A program made the translations under genes and the position numbers. DNA of 63,321 nt, the filler included, from Chiloscyllium plagiosum (Eukaryota): the NCBI RefSeq assembly GCF_004010195.1. It is 4 parts of one record of this genome, joined end to end, with 100 filler letters (N's around TTAATTAATTAA, not from the genome) between each part and the next. Parts side by side here need not be neighbours in the genome. Positions count along the whole stretch, not along the records: positions 35,931 to 54,766 come from NC_057714.1; 3 more parts are not named here. One strand, 5' to 3'. Below the pieces are notes generated by a model, which saw only the letters and a program-made list of their open reading frames with translations, was not told where the DNA came from and searched no databases. Positions 36,936 to 50,601 of the stretch are shown piece after piece; position 1 is the stretch's first letter; each line of letters begins with the position of its first letter.

Positions 36936-39744
36936 AAAAATCCGTCTTGGATGAATTTCATTCAGATCCGGACAGTTATCACAGCTCCAATAAATTACTG
37001 ACTACCATTTCTCTGGTGATTGTAACTTCCTGAGCTCCTCCCTTCTTTCCATTTCCTGAATTATAGTGTTATAGTGTGTTTTGAATGTTACTAGTATCAT
37101 CTTCAGCAAAGATTTATTCAAAATATTTGTTCAATACTTCTGCAATCTCTTTATTTCCAATTATCAATTCTCCAGACTTACTTTCTATTGGACCAGTGCT
37201 CACTTTTCTTTTTTAAATATTTACAGAAACTCTACTATCTGTTTTTATATTTTTGGTTAGTTATTTTAACTCAAATTTTCCATCCCTGTTAATTTTGTAA
37301 TCGTTCTTTGCTGTTTGTAAATTCAATGCAATATCACACTAATAAGTTCCTGTGTATGTAATATTGATTGGCATAATACAAGAAATAATGCCAAAGGAAA
37401 ATGCATTTGACAATATACACGAGTTGTCTCCTAGTCCCATTCCCCAGCAAATAATACTACCCCACTTCCTGTAGATGAAACATTAAATCCTTTGCATTCC
37501 CACTTCCTATTCAGGAAGACTCAGATATAACCCCTTTCTCGCTCCCCGACCCATAATGTCATGCTCTCTCTCCCCTCATCCCATTCCTCACACATCATTC
37601 TGTTCTCTCTTCTCTGGACTGCAACCCCACCCCCCACCAACCTTGGTCCTTATCAGCCTTGCCTACTTGCCATCTAACCTTATTACCTTTTCAACAGACC
37701 ACACTTCCCTTCATGTCTTTGCCTTCGTTCATTTATCTGTGACCTCAATTTTATTTATCCTCCAAAGTCGTTTTTACCATGATTCCCCATGTGCAAAACT
37801 CTGCAAGACCAACTAATATATAAGTATTAAGTATTCATGTATTTCCAATCCAATACTTGATACCAATTTATGATTTTTATTTGTTTGAACAATTACTATT
37901 GAAACTGCTTATGTGAATATTTATAATGATCAAATGTGCAGGCTGAATTTGCACAGTTTTAATAAAGGTTTCTCATTTCTTGGTAATTTCCTTTTCCAAT
38001 CTCTCAACTTCTTTCACCCAAACAGCTCACCTCAAAATGCTGCAGTCATTGTTGTGGTCAGGCCTTTGGGGAATCCTTCCCCTTCCCAGCACTGCCCTTG
38101 CAACTTCTCTCTTCAGCTTTCAGCTTCAGCTAGGTTTACTTTCACTTTCAAGCTGCCTGCCACTTTTCTTGACCCACTGTTCACCCTGTAAATTTGTTGT
38201 CTCAACCATGACTTCAACTTCCAGTCTATTCTAAACATCTAAAAAACGTCTTTGTGGTTTTCTTTGAATGGTTTATGTTGTTAGATCGACACGCCACCTT
38301 TTCCACTGAATCATCACTATGTATCCCAAAGGCAAAATTAAGAACTGGTATTTATGATCACACTTAGTGAAATTTATTCAAACCCTCAACTTCAGACTCT
38401 ATTTTCTCTTCTTACCCAAATCTACTTAAATGTTACCTGAGCTCAAGCTTCACCAGCCATTAGTTCCTCCAAGTCTTGATGCACTGCTCCCTTTTTCTCG
38501 CAACAAACCTGAAATTTAGCATCAGTTCAAGGGCCTGTTCAAGTGATTGCCCCAGCCCTTATTATCCACTTACATCAGATCATCCCTACGCTCACACTAC
38601 CCTCACCTTTATTCTCACAGATATCTTAATCAGCATCATCCTCGTCTTTTAGTTGCTACAAAAGAACAGTCGTCAGAGATCCCCAAGTCCAAATATTATG
38701 GCGACCAATTAATTTTCTACTATCGCTCAAGCTTACTCCATCATTAACCTTGTAAATACTCCCAGGATTCGACAGTCACAACACTAACTCGGCTGCCAGC
38801 ATTTATGGGATATCTTTCCATGGGATGCCCTTTGGGCTTAGTGAATGAAGTGATGAAGGGGCCCAAGAATTGAATGATGCACCCAGTTAAAATAAATTTT
38901 ATTCTAAGCTTGTACCATAAAACAGAAGAAACTTTAAAAAATCTCAAGGCAGCAATGTGTAGGGCAGAGCCCTGCAAATCTCCCAGAAGCCATCTCCAAG
39001 GCTTCCCAATGTAATGTTCGCTCAAGGGGCAGAGCAGCTGCTCAGAAGGCCCATGGCGTACAGACTTCTGGTTCCAGGAGCCGCTGCCTCACACTGACCT
39101 TGAAGGTCCACGCAGCAGCAGAATAAAATTAAAGGAGCATCGTATCTGTGTTTAGTGAAACAAAGAATTTAGCTAGATAAACTATCATTCTATATTAAGC
39201 ATGGCTCACCAGCAGTCTCTCCCTCTTTAACTGCCTCTGTAAGGCACATTGGAAGAATTCACAGATTAATCATCAATCTTTTTGGCCACATTATAAACAT
39301 ATTTGCGTGGCCACTGAGTCCTGGACTAGAACTCAGCTCTGGAGTTTTTGGCCTAGAAGCAGGGGACCCACATACCCACTATGCCACAAGTCCTCCCCGC
39401 ACAGATGCAAAGAAAATATCTGTCCTGTTATTTTCTGTTGGTAACTCTCCAAGTTTCATTTCTCAAAGTTGAACTAAATATTCACCTGTCCCCCATCTAC
39501 CCACTCAGCTACTTCTACCAGTGGTGATACAGTCTGAAATTAAAGTTTATTTATTTGGGATTGCTGCATATTCTAAAAATCTAAAAAGCTTCTTCATGAG
39601 CTACAATGAATGGGATTGTGTTGTTGGATTAACAACCAACTGTGTATCCCAAAGGCAATATTAAGAACAGGTGCTGTATTTATGATCACAATTTGTGAAA
39701 CTTCTGATGAAAAACCTTTTGCTTGTGTTTTGTTTGCATTCCAG

Positions 39745-39872
39745 GTAAAAAGCTGGGATTCACTATTGATTCTGGAAGATTTCATAATGTTTCTCTGGGT
39801 CAAGGGCAGGAGGTGGTAGCTGAAGTAGCTTTAGAAAAAGCTTTCAAGGAAGGCCATTGGGTCATTTTGCAG
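39745..39872 (+). CDS. DNAH11: Dynein heavy chain AAA6 exon, 128 nt, phase 1-0
   Basis: ttccag|GT...CAG|gtaaag; (G)[42 protein letters not shown]. Confidence 0.95.
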
Positions 39873-40979
39873 GTAAAGAGTATTGAAAAGCATTATGATG
39901 GTCAGATGTAATCAGAAAAGCGGTTCCTGCTAATCTCAGGTGATAAAGTAGCCATCTTTGTCACAACTTTTCGAGCTTGATTTCCCTGAGTTGGGTTTTA
40001 AAGTAGCCTTGTCACATTCTGACTTAAATTGCTTCTCATAGGTGGCAGGCAATCTTTGCATGGAGTGAATTGGAGACAGGAATGGTGCTATTACAGTCCA
40101 GTTCCGATATACTGGTCTATCTGTGCCATTCCATAGACTTGCTGCAATCTGTCTTGTCAGTGCCGTCCTGTACTGGTTATAGGAGAGGTGTGACAGTGTT
40201 TTTGCATCATTTTCCTTATTAATGGAAAAATACCTCACCTGTGCCCAGCACTTCTTCAGAGAAAGTGTCTGGGACATGGAGGGCACACCATAATAGTGCT
40301 GTAAAATACTGTGCTGATCTATTTGGCATAAATACAGAATTTGATGCTCTCCTAGTTACTGCTAAAACTACTGTGTGAGCTTCACAGCTTTGAAGTTTCT
40401 TTTTGGTGTGCAGCTATTTGCTTCAGACAGATGTAATAAGATTTCTGACAGGAGACATAATCTCACCAGCGTGGCCATTTCTCTAATGTCAGGAAAGGTA
40501 AAGAATTTGCATTTAAATAGAACCTCTGTCAACCTCAGGACATGTCAAAATGAGGTACTTCACAATTACAATTGCAATTCTAATATAAGAAATGTGTGCA
40601 CAGCAACTTCCCTCAGATACTTAACCAAATAATTTGTTTATGGAGAACTGTCAGCAAGGTATAAATGGACACTGGGAGAATTCTACTGCTGCTGTTAAAT
40701 AATATGGTGGTTTCTTTAACATCCACTTAACATTGAGATGACATCTCTGAAAATGTAGCATTTCCTTAAGGCAGAGCAGAGAATATGCCCATTGATTCAA
40801 AGCTAACATTGCACTCGGGATAGGTCTGAGCAAAAGAATTATTCAATGTCTTGTCTCCTTAACAACAACTGATGAAGATATAGTCATACCCCAGTCCTGC
40901 CCTCCTCCAGCCTCTCCAATATGACTATCCCATCCTCTTAACACTCAGGCACTAGAGGAACATTTTAATATGGGTAATT

Positions 40980-42500
40980 AGCTATAGAGTTGTACAGCAC
41001 AGAAACAGACCCTTCAGTTCAACTTGTCCATGCTGACCAGATATTCTAAATTAATCGAGTTCCAACTGCTGGCATTTGGCCCGTATCCCTCTACACCTTT
41101 CTTATTCATATACTCATCCAGATGCCATTTAAATGTTGTAATTGTACCAGCCTCCACGACTTCCTCTGGCAGTTCATTCCATATGCACAGCACCATATTC
41201 CATACTCTCAGCATCCTCTGTGTGAAAACGTTGCCCCTTAAGTAACTTTTAAATCTTTCCCTTTCTCAACTTAAATCTATGCCCTCAAGTTTTGGATTCC
41301 CCTAATGTTGGAAAAAGGCCTCAGCTATTCCGGTCCTAATAGCTGTCCAAACCCCTCATGATTTTATAAGCGCCTATATAGTCACCCCTTAGCCTCTGAT
41401 GCTCCAAGGAAAATAGCCCCCGTCTATTCAGCCTCTATCTATAACTAACCCTCCAATCCCGGCAACATCCTTGTAAACTTGTTCTGAACCCTTTGAAATT
41501 TAACAGCATTTTTCCTATAGCAGGGAGACCAGAACTGAATGCAGTATTCCAGAAATGGCCTCATCAATGAGCTGTACAGGTATGACATGACCTCCCAAAT
41601 CTTATACTCAATGCACTGACCAATGAAAGCAAGCATACCAAACACCATCGTCTTCACTACCCTGTCTACCTGTGACTCCACTTTCAAGGAACTATGAAGC
41701 TGTACCCCAAGGACTCTTTGTTCAGCAAAACTCCCCAGGACCCTACCATTAGGTGTAAAAGTCTTGCCCTGGTTTGCCTTATTGAAATGCAACACCACCC
41801 ATTTATCTAAATTAATCTCCATCTGCCACTCTTCAGCCCACCTGATCAAGGTCCCACTGTACTCTGAGATGACCTTCTTCACTGTTCACTACACTACCAA
41901 TTTTGGTGTTATCTGCAAAATTACTAACCATGCCTCGTACATTGACATCCAAATCATTTCTATAAATGTCAAAAAACAGTGGACTCAGCACCGATCCTGG
42001 TGGCACTCCAGTGGTCACAGGCCTCCTGTCTGAAAAGCAACCCTCCACACCACCCTCTGTCTTCTACCTTCAAGCCAATTTTGTATCTGAATGGCAAGCT
42101 GTCTCTGGATTCCATGTGATCTAACTTTGCTAACCTGTCTACCACGCGAAACCTTGTCAAATACTTTACTAAAGTCCACATAGACAATGTCCACCACTCC
42201 GCCTTCATCAATCTTCTCTGTCACTCCTTCAAAAAAACCAATCATGTTAGTGAGATGCATTTTCCCATGCACAACATGTCCCTCAGAATCCCTGCAACAA
42301 TTTAGCCTCTCGAAGGGCCAAATGGCCTACAGCACCTATGTTCTATGTTTCTGATGTCATGTGCACTGATCAATAATTCCCTAGCTTTTCCTTATCACCT
42401 TTCTTAAATAGTGGCACCACACTAGCCAACCTCCAGTCTTCCAGTATCTCACCCATGACTATCGATGATACAAATATCTCAGCAAGTGGCCCAGCATGCC
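40980..42500 (-). mobile_element. CR1 LINE RT and 3' tail, frameshifted
   Basis: LTNMIGFFEGVT, VYVDFSKVFD, GVPPGSVLSPLFF, NFADNTK, YCIQFWSP. Confidence 0.92.
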
Positions 42501-42627
42501 TTGATTGTGAAATTACACTGAAATAATAACTTATTATTACAAAACCCTTACAGAGCAGTAACTTTCTGGAAGAAATTAATTTCCCAATTCACTTTTTAAG
42601 ACTTTTCAATGGAACATTCAAACAAAT

Positions 42628-43095
42628 AAGACCCTAAGAAATAGGAATGGAAGTAAGGCCGTTCGGCCCATCAAGTCCACTCCACTATTCAATCATGGCT
42701 GATGGGCATTTCAACACCACTTACTCGCACTCTCCCCATATCCCTTAATTCCTTGTGAGATTAAGAATTTATCAATCTTTGTCTTGAAGACATTTAACGT
42801 CCCGGCCTCCACTGCGCTTTGTGGCAATGAATTCCACAGGCCCACCACTCTCTGGCTGAAGAAATGTCTCCTCATTTCCATTCTAAATTGACCCCCTCTA
42901 ATTCTAAGGCTATGCCCACGAATCCTAGTATCCCCACCTGATGGAAACAATTTCCCAGCATCCACCCTTTTCATAGCAATGTATTATCTTGTAAATTTCT
43001 ATTAGATCTCCCCTCAACCTTCTAATCTCTGATGAATACAATCCCAGGATCCTCAGCTGTTCATCGTAGGCCTGCCATTGCAGGGATCATCAATG
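42628..43095 (-). mobile_element. CR1 LINE 3' fragment (another subfamily)
   Basis: RGHSLRIRG...FFSQRVVGLWNSLP...DKFLISQGIKGYG. Confidence 0.88.
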
Positions 43096-43754
43096 TGAAA
43101 TCAACATCATTCAGTTACTAATTATCAGACAATGCTACATAAATAAAAGAAGAAAAATGTATTTAACTTCATGCCATTCTTTGGACACACATGTTATGTC
43201 CAAGTGCAGTCCAAAGACTACTCACAACTCTGGTCAAACTCAATCATCCCTTGCCAAACTGACCCTGAATTTTCCAGTGACCATCACTAACTGCTCAAGC
43301 AAGTCTTTTGGACACGGATACAAAGCATACCTTAATGAATCCCTCAAACCCTCAATTTACAGTTGTCCCAACAACCTAATATTGCAAAGGTCCCTGTATC
43401 TGTAATATAAGGATCTGAATGAGTAAATGCCCGAGGAGTATATTCAATACTATCTAATATGATGGTGTCATATGGACTTGTGCAGAACAACTTTGACTTT
43501 TGACGAGTGAGACCTAATGCTAAGGCCTCCTTTTTATTGTCTTTGTTTAATGGTCTACTTTGTCAATGTAACTTGGACTAGTTGCTATCATGCAAGAAAC
43601 TGCATCATCTTTAAAATAAAGACCTCTTATTCGACTACCAAGAGACTTTCTCTGTCACACCAGACCTATCAGGAAGAGGGTAGTGAACATAATGGTGTCT
43701 GACAGTGGAGAACACACTTCACAGTCAAGAATTCTCACTCTTCAGCAAGAATAC

Positions 43755-45470
43755 ATGAGTCATAGAGTCATACAGCATGGAAACAGACTCCAATAATTCC
43801 ACATGAATCATGTTCCCAACCCAAACATGCCTCTGTTCTACAACATTACCAAGGCCCTACCATTTGGCCCATATCCCACCAAACCTTTCCTATTCACATA
43901 CTTATTAAAATTTCTTTTAAGTGTTGTAACTATTACCTGCATTCACCACTTCCTCTGGTCGTTCATTCTACATCCAAACATCTGTGTAAATAAGGTTGCC
44001 CCTTGTGTGCTTTTTAAATCATCCTCCTCGCGCCTGAAAAATACATCCCTAGTTTTGAACTCCCCCAGCCTAGGGAAAAGACCTTGGCTATTCACCTTAT
44101 CTATGCTCCTCATGATTTTATAAACCTCTATAAGGTCACCCCTCAACTTCCTACACAGTCTGTCCAGCATACCTTTATAACTCAAACCTTCCATTCCCAG
44201 CAACATCCTGGTAAATCTTTTCTGAACCTTCTCCAATTTAGTAATATACTTCCTATAGCTGGGTGACCAGAACTCAACACAGTACTCCAGAAGATGCCTC
44301 ACCAATGTCCTTTATAATCTCAACATGACATCCCAATTCCTGTACTTCAAGGTCTGAGAAATGAAAGTAAGTGTGCTAATGCCTTTTTTACCACCCTATC
44401 TATATGTGACGCAAATTTCAAAGAATTATTCACCTGAACCGCTAGGTGTCTCTGTTCTACAACATTACCCAAGGCCCTACCAATAACAGTATAAGTCCTG
44501 TCCATATTAGTTTTATCAAAACCTCGCATTTATCCAAATTAAACTCCCTGTGCCATTCCTCAGTCCATTAGCCTAATTGATCAAGATCTCTTTGTAATCA
44601 TAGATAATCTTCTTCACTGTCCACTAAACTACCATTCTTGGTGTCATACATAAACTTACTAACTATACCTCCAATATCGTCATCCAAATCATTTATATAA
44701 ATGACAAAAAAAGTGGACCCGGTATCAATCCCTGTGGCACACTGCTGGTTACAGACCTCCAGTCTGAAAAACAATCCTCTACCATCACCCTCTGTCTCCT
44801 ATCATAAGGTCAATTTTGTGTCCAGTCGGCAAGCCTCCCCTGAATCCCATGTGATCTAACTTTACTACTTAGCTTACTATGTGGAATTTTGTCAAAGGCT
44901 TTGCTAAATAATATGTAAGCAATGGCTATCGCTCTGCTATAATCAACCTTTTTGGGTTACTGCCTGAAAAAACTCAATCAAGTTTGTGAGACATGATTTC
45001 CCTCGCACAAAGCCATGCTGACTATCCTTAATCAGTCCTTGCCTCTCCAAATTCATGTAAATCCTATCTTTCAGAACCACCTCCGACAAATTACCCAGCA
45101 CTGATGTCGGACTCACAGGTCTGTAGTTCCCAGACTTCTCCTTAAACTTTTCTTAAATGAAGGCACAGTATTAGCCATGCTCCAGTCCTCCGATATTTCA
45201 CCTGTGGTTATAAATGGTACAAATACTTCTGCTAGGGACCCCACAATTTCTTCCCTAACTTCTCACGATGTCCTGGGATGCACTTCATCAGGTCCCAGAG
45301 ATTTATCTACCTTTATGTTTTCTAAGACCTCCAGCACTTCCTCTTCTGTAATATGAACAGTTTTCAAAACATCAGCATTTATTTCCCTGAGTTCTCTAGC
45401 CTCCATTTTGTTCTCCGCAGTAAAAAACTGACAAAATATTTATTTAACATCTCTCCTTGAAGTTCAACAC
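43755..45470 (-). mobile_element. CR1 LINE RT and 3' tail, decayed
   Basis: LEYCVEFWSP...LRGDLIEVYKI, decayed PQG and DD motifs, (ATGACTCT)n tail. Confidence 0.9.
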
Positions 45471-46071
45471 ATAAAAACCAGCAAGAGATTACAAACTCAT
45501 TTGATTAGGTGTTGCCTAAAGTGCTTACAGGATGAATGAAACTCAATGCTTAATGCAGCATTACCTTGAAGAAAGATGCAAAGTCATTATGTCTCTACAC
45601 ACCCCAAAATGCTTCTCCATCTTTTGATGCAACAACTTATAGAGATGACTAGCAAAGTCAATAATCTACTTAAAATACATGACTTATTATCTCTAGCAAA
45701 GTTTTTAATTGGAATTTTAAAGAAACATAAATATTCACGAATTAATGCATCATGATTTAGTACCCTATAAACTGAATGATAAAATTAAATATATACTGAT
45801 GACGTATAGAATGAAGTAATGTCAGTGTAAAACTTTGTCCTGAAAAAAATTGAGGATTCATAAAGTTTGAGTATGAGTGTTAAAGTTTGTGATAGATGAG
45901 CAGTCTGAAGGACTTTATTACCAATAATATGAATTAAGCATTACCATTCTTTTTACTCCTTTTCCATTTAATGATATGAGCTGTTGCCAACGTATGATTA
46001 GTATGTAGATTTTCAATAACTTAATTACCAAATTTTAAAACTAAAATTCTTTTGCATGCTCTGATTTCTAG

Positions 46072-46299
46072 AATGTTCACCTAGTAGTGAAATGGTTGGG
46101 AACACTAGAAAAGCTGCTGGAGCAATTCAGCAAGGACAGTCATCCTGATTTCAGGGTGTTCATTAGTGCTGAGCCTGCCCCAACCTCAGAGGAACATGTC
46201 ATTCCTCAAGGAATACTGGAAAGCTCAATCAAGATTACCGATGAACCACCTATTGGAATGCTGGCCAATCTACATGCGGCCCTCTATAACTTTGACCAG
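46072..46299 (+). CDS. DNAH11: Dynein heavy chain AAA6 exon, 228 nt, phase 0-0
   Basis: ttctag|AAT...CAG|gtagga; [76 protein letters not shown]. Confidence 0.96.
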
Positions 46300-46794
46300 G
46301 TAGGAGACAAACAGTTTGGAGATTGCAGTCATATCCAGTGCTTGCTTAATACTTTTGCCTCAATGTCAAGCTTGCTTTCAAAGATTCTTTGAAAAAATTG
46401 CAGTCAGTTTATTTAGTCAGAAAAGCAAAGTAATTAACACTGAAACAATTTCAAACAGTCAATAATATTTATGTAATACTTTATTTAGAGAATATACCAA
46501 CACACTGCCAATAGCAAAGTCCGATGTCACATCATTAAAATATTGTGATAGTAAGAGGAGTTGTCATTGTACATTTTATCCTTTTATGAATGAGAGTTGA
46601 TACTGTAAAAGTAAAACAAGCAGATTCCAGTTAGAATGGGTTCATTTTGACAGTATTAGGAAATAGACGATTATGTTTAGATGCTTGTCATATACTGCAA
46701 AAAGGAATGATGTATAGAATAGATAGTTAGTTTAATACCACTTATGCCATCACCAAAAGTTAAATTACTCCTGAAGTATATACACTATTTGTTC

Positions 46795-48040
46795 ATGGGA
46801 CATGTGTGTTGCTGGCTAGGTCAGTATTTGTTGTCCATCCTTCGTTGTTATGAGAAGTTGATAGGAGCTGCTGTCCATGTGGTATTTCTATACCCAGAAT
46901 ACTAATAGATCCAGGACATTGACCCAGTGACACTGACAGAACGCAACATAGTTCCAAGTCAGGGAGATGTGAGGTTTGGAGGGGAACTTGCAGTTGATGC
47001 TTTTTGCCATGCATCTGGTGGCCTGATCCATCGAGGTGATAGTTGGTGTGGATTTGGAAGGTGATGTCAAAAGAGTCTTGGTGAGCTGCTGCTGTGTATT
47101 TTGTTTACAATACACATGTCAAATTGCTACAACCAAACCTCAATGGTGGAGAGAGTGAACTTTTAAGGTGTTAGAATGAGGTGTCAGTCAAGTGAGCTGG
47201 TTTGGTCTGGATGGTGATGGCATCACATTCCTGAAGTGTTGTTGAATGTGAATTCATTCAGACGAGTGGAGAATATTCCATCACAATCCTGACCTGTGCA
47301 GTATACATGATGGAAAAAGTTTGGTGAGTCTGGATGTGAGTTACTCGCTTTAGAATTTCAAGCTTCCAAAGCAATTGAAGCTGGTTAAGTATCAAATCCA
47401 TGGTAACCTCCAGGATAATGTCTGCAGGGGATTCAGCCATAGTAATGCTGCTGAATTTCAAGGGGCAATGGTTACATTCGCTTGTGTTGGAGATGGCAAT
47501 TTATCCAGCAACTTTACAGGCAGCACGGTGTCTCACTGGTTAGCACTGCTGCCTCATAGTGCCAGGATCCCGGGTTCGAACCCAGCCTCGGGCGACTGTC
47601 TGTGTGGAGTTTGCACATTCTCCCCGTGTCTGTGTTGGATTCCTCCGGGTGCTCAGGTTTCCTCCCACAATCCAAAGATGTGCAGGTTAGGTGAATTGGC
47701 CATGCTAAATTGCCTGTAGTGTTCAGGGATGTGTAGGTTAGGTGCATTAGCCGGGGTAAATATAGAGTAATGAGTGAGAGACTCTTTGGAGGGTTGTTGT
47801 GGACTTGTTGAGCCAAAGGGCCTGTTTCCACATTCTAGGGATTCTAAATTCTGTGTGACACAAGTACTATTTGCCCCTTATCAGCTCAAACCTGAATTTT
47901 GTTTGGGTCATGTTGTATATGGATAGAAACTGCTTCATTAATGGAGAAATTGCAAATGGTTGTGATTGTGCAGTCATCAGTCAGCATCCCTACATCTGTG
48001 TTATAATTGAGAAGAGTCATAATTAGGACAGTACCCTGAA
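46795..48040 (-). mobile_element. Older copy (RT core to 3' tail) of the 48041-50450 LINE family, split by a SINE
   Basis: Minus-strand QGTVL..., MLTDDCT and MYTAQVRIVMEYSPL; tail matches 50100-50450. Confidence 0.7.
47519..47846 (+). mobile_element. HE1/V-SINE-type SINE, full length
   Basis: GGCAGCACGGTG..TGGTTAGCACTGCTGCCTC, GGTTCGAACCC, V-domain. Confidence 0.92.
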
Positions 48041-50450
48041 GGTTCACTAATGTCCTTCAGGGAAGGAAATCTGCCATTCTCACCTGTTCTGGCCTACATG
48101 TGACTCCAAACCTACTGCAATGTGGTTGATTCTCAACTGGCCTTTGAAATGGCCTAGCAAGCCATTCAGTTTTACCAGTCGCTACAAAGTCACAAAGAAA
48201 TAAAACCGAATGAATCACCAAGCATTGACCTGGGCACCGGAGAAGACAATGGCAGAAACAGCCTTGTCGACCCTGTAAAGTCGTCCTCACTAACACCTGG
48301 GAGCAAGTGCCAAAATTGGGAGAGCTGTCTCTCAGACTAGTCAAGCAACAGCCTGACATACTGATACTTATGGAATCATACCTCACAGACAATGTCACAG
48401 ACACCACCATCACCATCCCTGGATGTATCCTGCCTTACAGGCAGGACAGACCCAGCAGAGGTAGCAGCACGGTGATATACAGTCAGGAGGGAGTTTGTCT
48501 GGGAGTCCTCAACATTGCCTTCAGAACCCATGAAGTCTTATGGCTTCAGGGTAAACATGGGCAAGTAAACCTCCTGCTCATTACCATGTACCACCCTCCG
48601 TCAGCTGATGAATTGGTTCTCCTCCATGTTGAACAACATTTGGAGGAAGCACTGAGGCTGGCAAGGGTGCAATATGTGCTCTGGGTGGGGGATTTCAATG
48701 CCACCACTAAGAGTGGCTCAGCAGCAGCACTACAGACTGAGCTGGTCGGGTCCGAAAAGACATGGTCGCTAGACTGGGTCTGTAGCAGGTGGTGAGGAAG
48801 CCAACAAGAGGGAAAAACACACTTGACCTCATCCTTACCAATCTGCCAGCTGCAATGCATCCGTCCATGATAATAACGATAAGAGCGACCACTGCACAGT
48901 CCTTGTGGAGACAAAGTCTCGCCTTCACATTGAGAATAACTTACATCATGTTGTGTGACACTATCACCTTGTTAATTGGGACAGACTTTGAACCGATCTA
49001 GCAGCTCGAGACTGGGCATCCATGAGGCACTGTGGGCCATCAACAGCAGTAGAATCATACTTCAGCACAATCTGTAACCTCATGGCATATCCTTCACTCA
49101 ACCATTACTGTCAAGCCAGGGGATCAACCCTGGTTCAATGGAGAGTGCAGGAACAGCACCAGGCATAACTGAAGATGAAGTGTCAACCTGATGCAGCTAC
49201 CAAACAGCATAAGCAGCAAGTGATCGACAGAGCTTAAGTTTTCCCACAACCAACGGATCAGATCTAAGCTCTGCAATCCTGCCGCATCCATTCGTGAATG
49301 GTGGTGGACAATTAAACAACTAGCTGGAGGAGGAGGCTCCACAAATATCCCCATCCTCAATGATGGAAGAGCCCATCATATCAATGCAAAAGGTAAGGCT
49401 GAAGCGTTCACTGTAGTCTTCTGCCAGCAGTGCCAAGTAGATGATCCATCTTGGCCTCCTCCAGTAGTCTCCAGCATTACAGATACCAGTCTTCACAGTT
49501 GGAGGTACGGGATACTGCAAAGGCTCCAGGCCCTGACGACATTCCAGTAATAGTACTGAAGACTTGTGATCCAGAACTTGCCACTCCCCGAGCTACGCTG
49601 TTCCAGTACAATTACAATACTGGCATTTACCAACAATGTGGAAAATTGCCCAAGTATGTCCTGTACATAAAAAGCAGGACAAATCCAACCCAGCCAATTA
49701 CTGCCCCATCAGTCAACTCTTGATCATCAGTAAAGTGGTAGAAGGTGGCATCCACAGTGCTATCAGCAGCATCTGCTCAGCAATAACCTGCTCAGTGACG
49801 TCCAGTTTGCATTCTGCCAGGGTCACTCAGCTTCTGATCTCAATACAGCCTTGGTTCAAGCATGGATAAAGGAGTTGAATTCCAGAGGTGAGAGGTATAT
49901 TGTGCTGAGTAATTCACCTTGTGAGTCCCCAAAGCCTGTCCACCAGCTATAAGGCACAAGTCAGGAGTGAAATGAAATACTCCTACTTGCCTGAAAGGGT
50001 GCAGCCCTAACAACAGTCAAGAAGCTTAACACCATCCAGGACAAAGCAGCCTACTTCATTGGCACTGCAACCACTAGCATTCAGTCCCTCCACCACAGAC
50101 AGTCAGTAGTAGCAGTGTTCACTATCTACAAGATGCACTGCAGAAATTCACCAAAGATCCTCAGGCAGCACCTTCCAAACCCATAACCATTTCCATCTAG
50201 AAGGGCAAGGGCAGCAGATGTATGAGAACACCATCATCTTCAAGATCCCCTCCAAGCCACTTCGCATCCTGACTTGAAATATATCACCATTCTTTCATTG
50301 TTGCTGGGTCAAAATCCTGAAATTCCTTCCCTAATGGCGTTGTGGGTCCACCCACAGCAGGGTGGACTATAGCGGTTCAAGAATGCAGCTCACCACCAGC
50401 TTCTCAAGGGCAACTATTGCCCAGCCAGCAATGCTCATATCCCACATAAT
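48041..50450 (+). mobile_element. CR1-group LINE (APE + RT), internally deleted, with no apparent ORF1
   Basis: APE motifs PDILILMESYL, VGDFN, LDLILTN; RT motifs KAPGPDDIP, WKIAQVCPVHKKQDKSNPANYCPISQL; deletion at about 49895; tail GCAGCTCACCACCAGCTTCTCAAGGGCAAC. Confidence 0.85.
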
Positions 50451-50601
50451 GAATAAGTAAGTAAATAAACTTATTTTGCTGTGTGATCATGTCTAGCTAT
50501 TGATTCCCAATTTAAATTTCATAATTGATTATTGTGAAATGCAGTCAGTACAATAAGCTTTATAATTTACAAGTGATTTGTTTTTATATTGTGTCTTGCA
50601 G

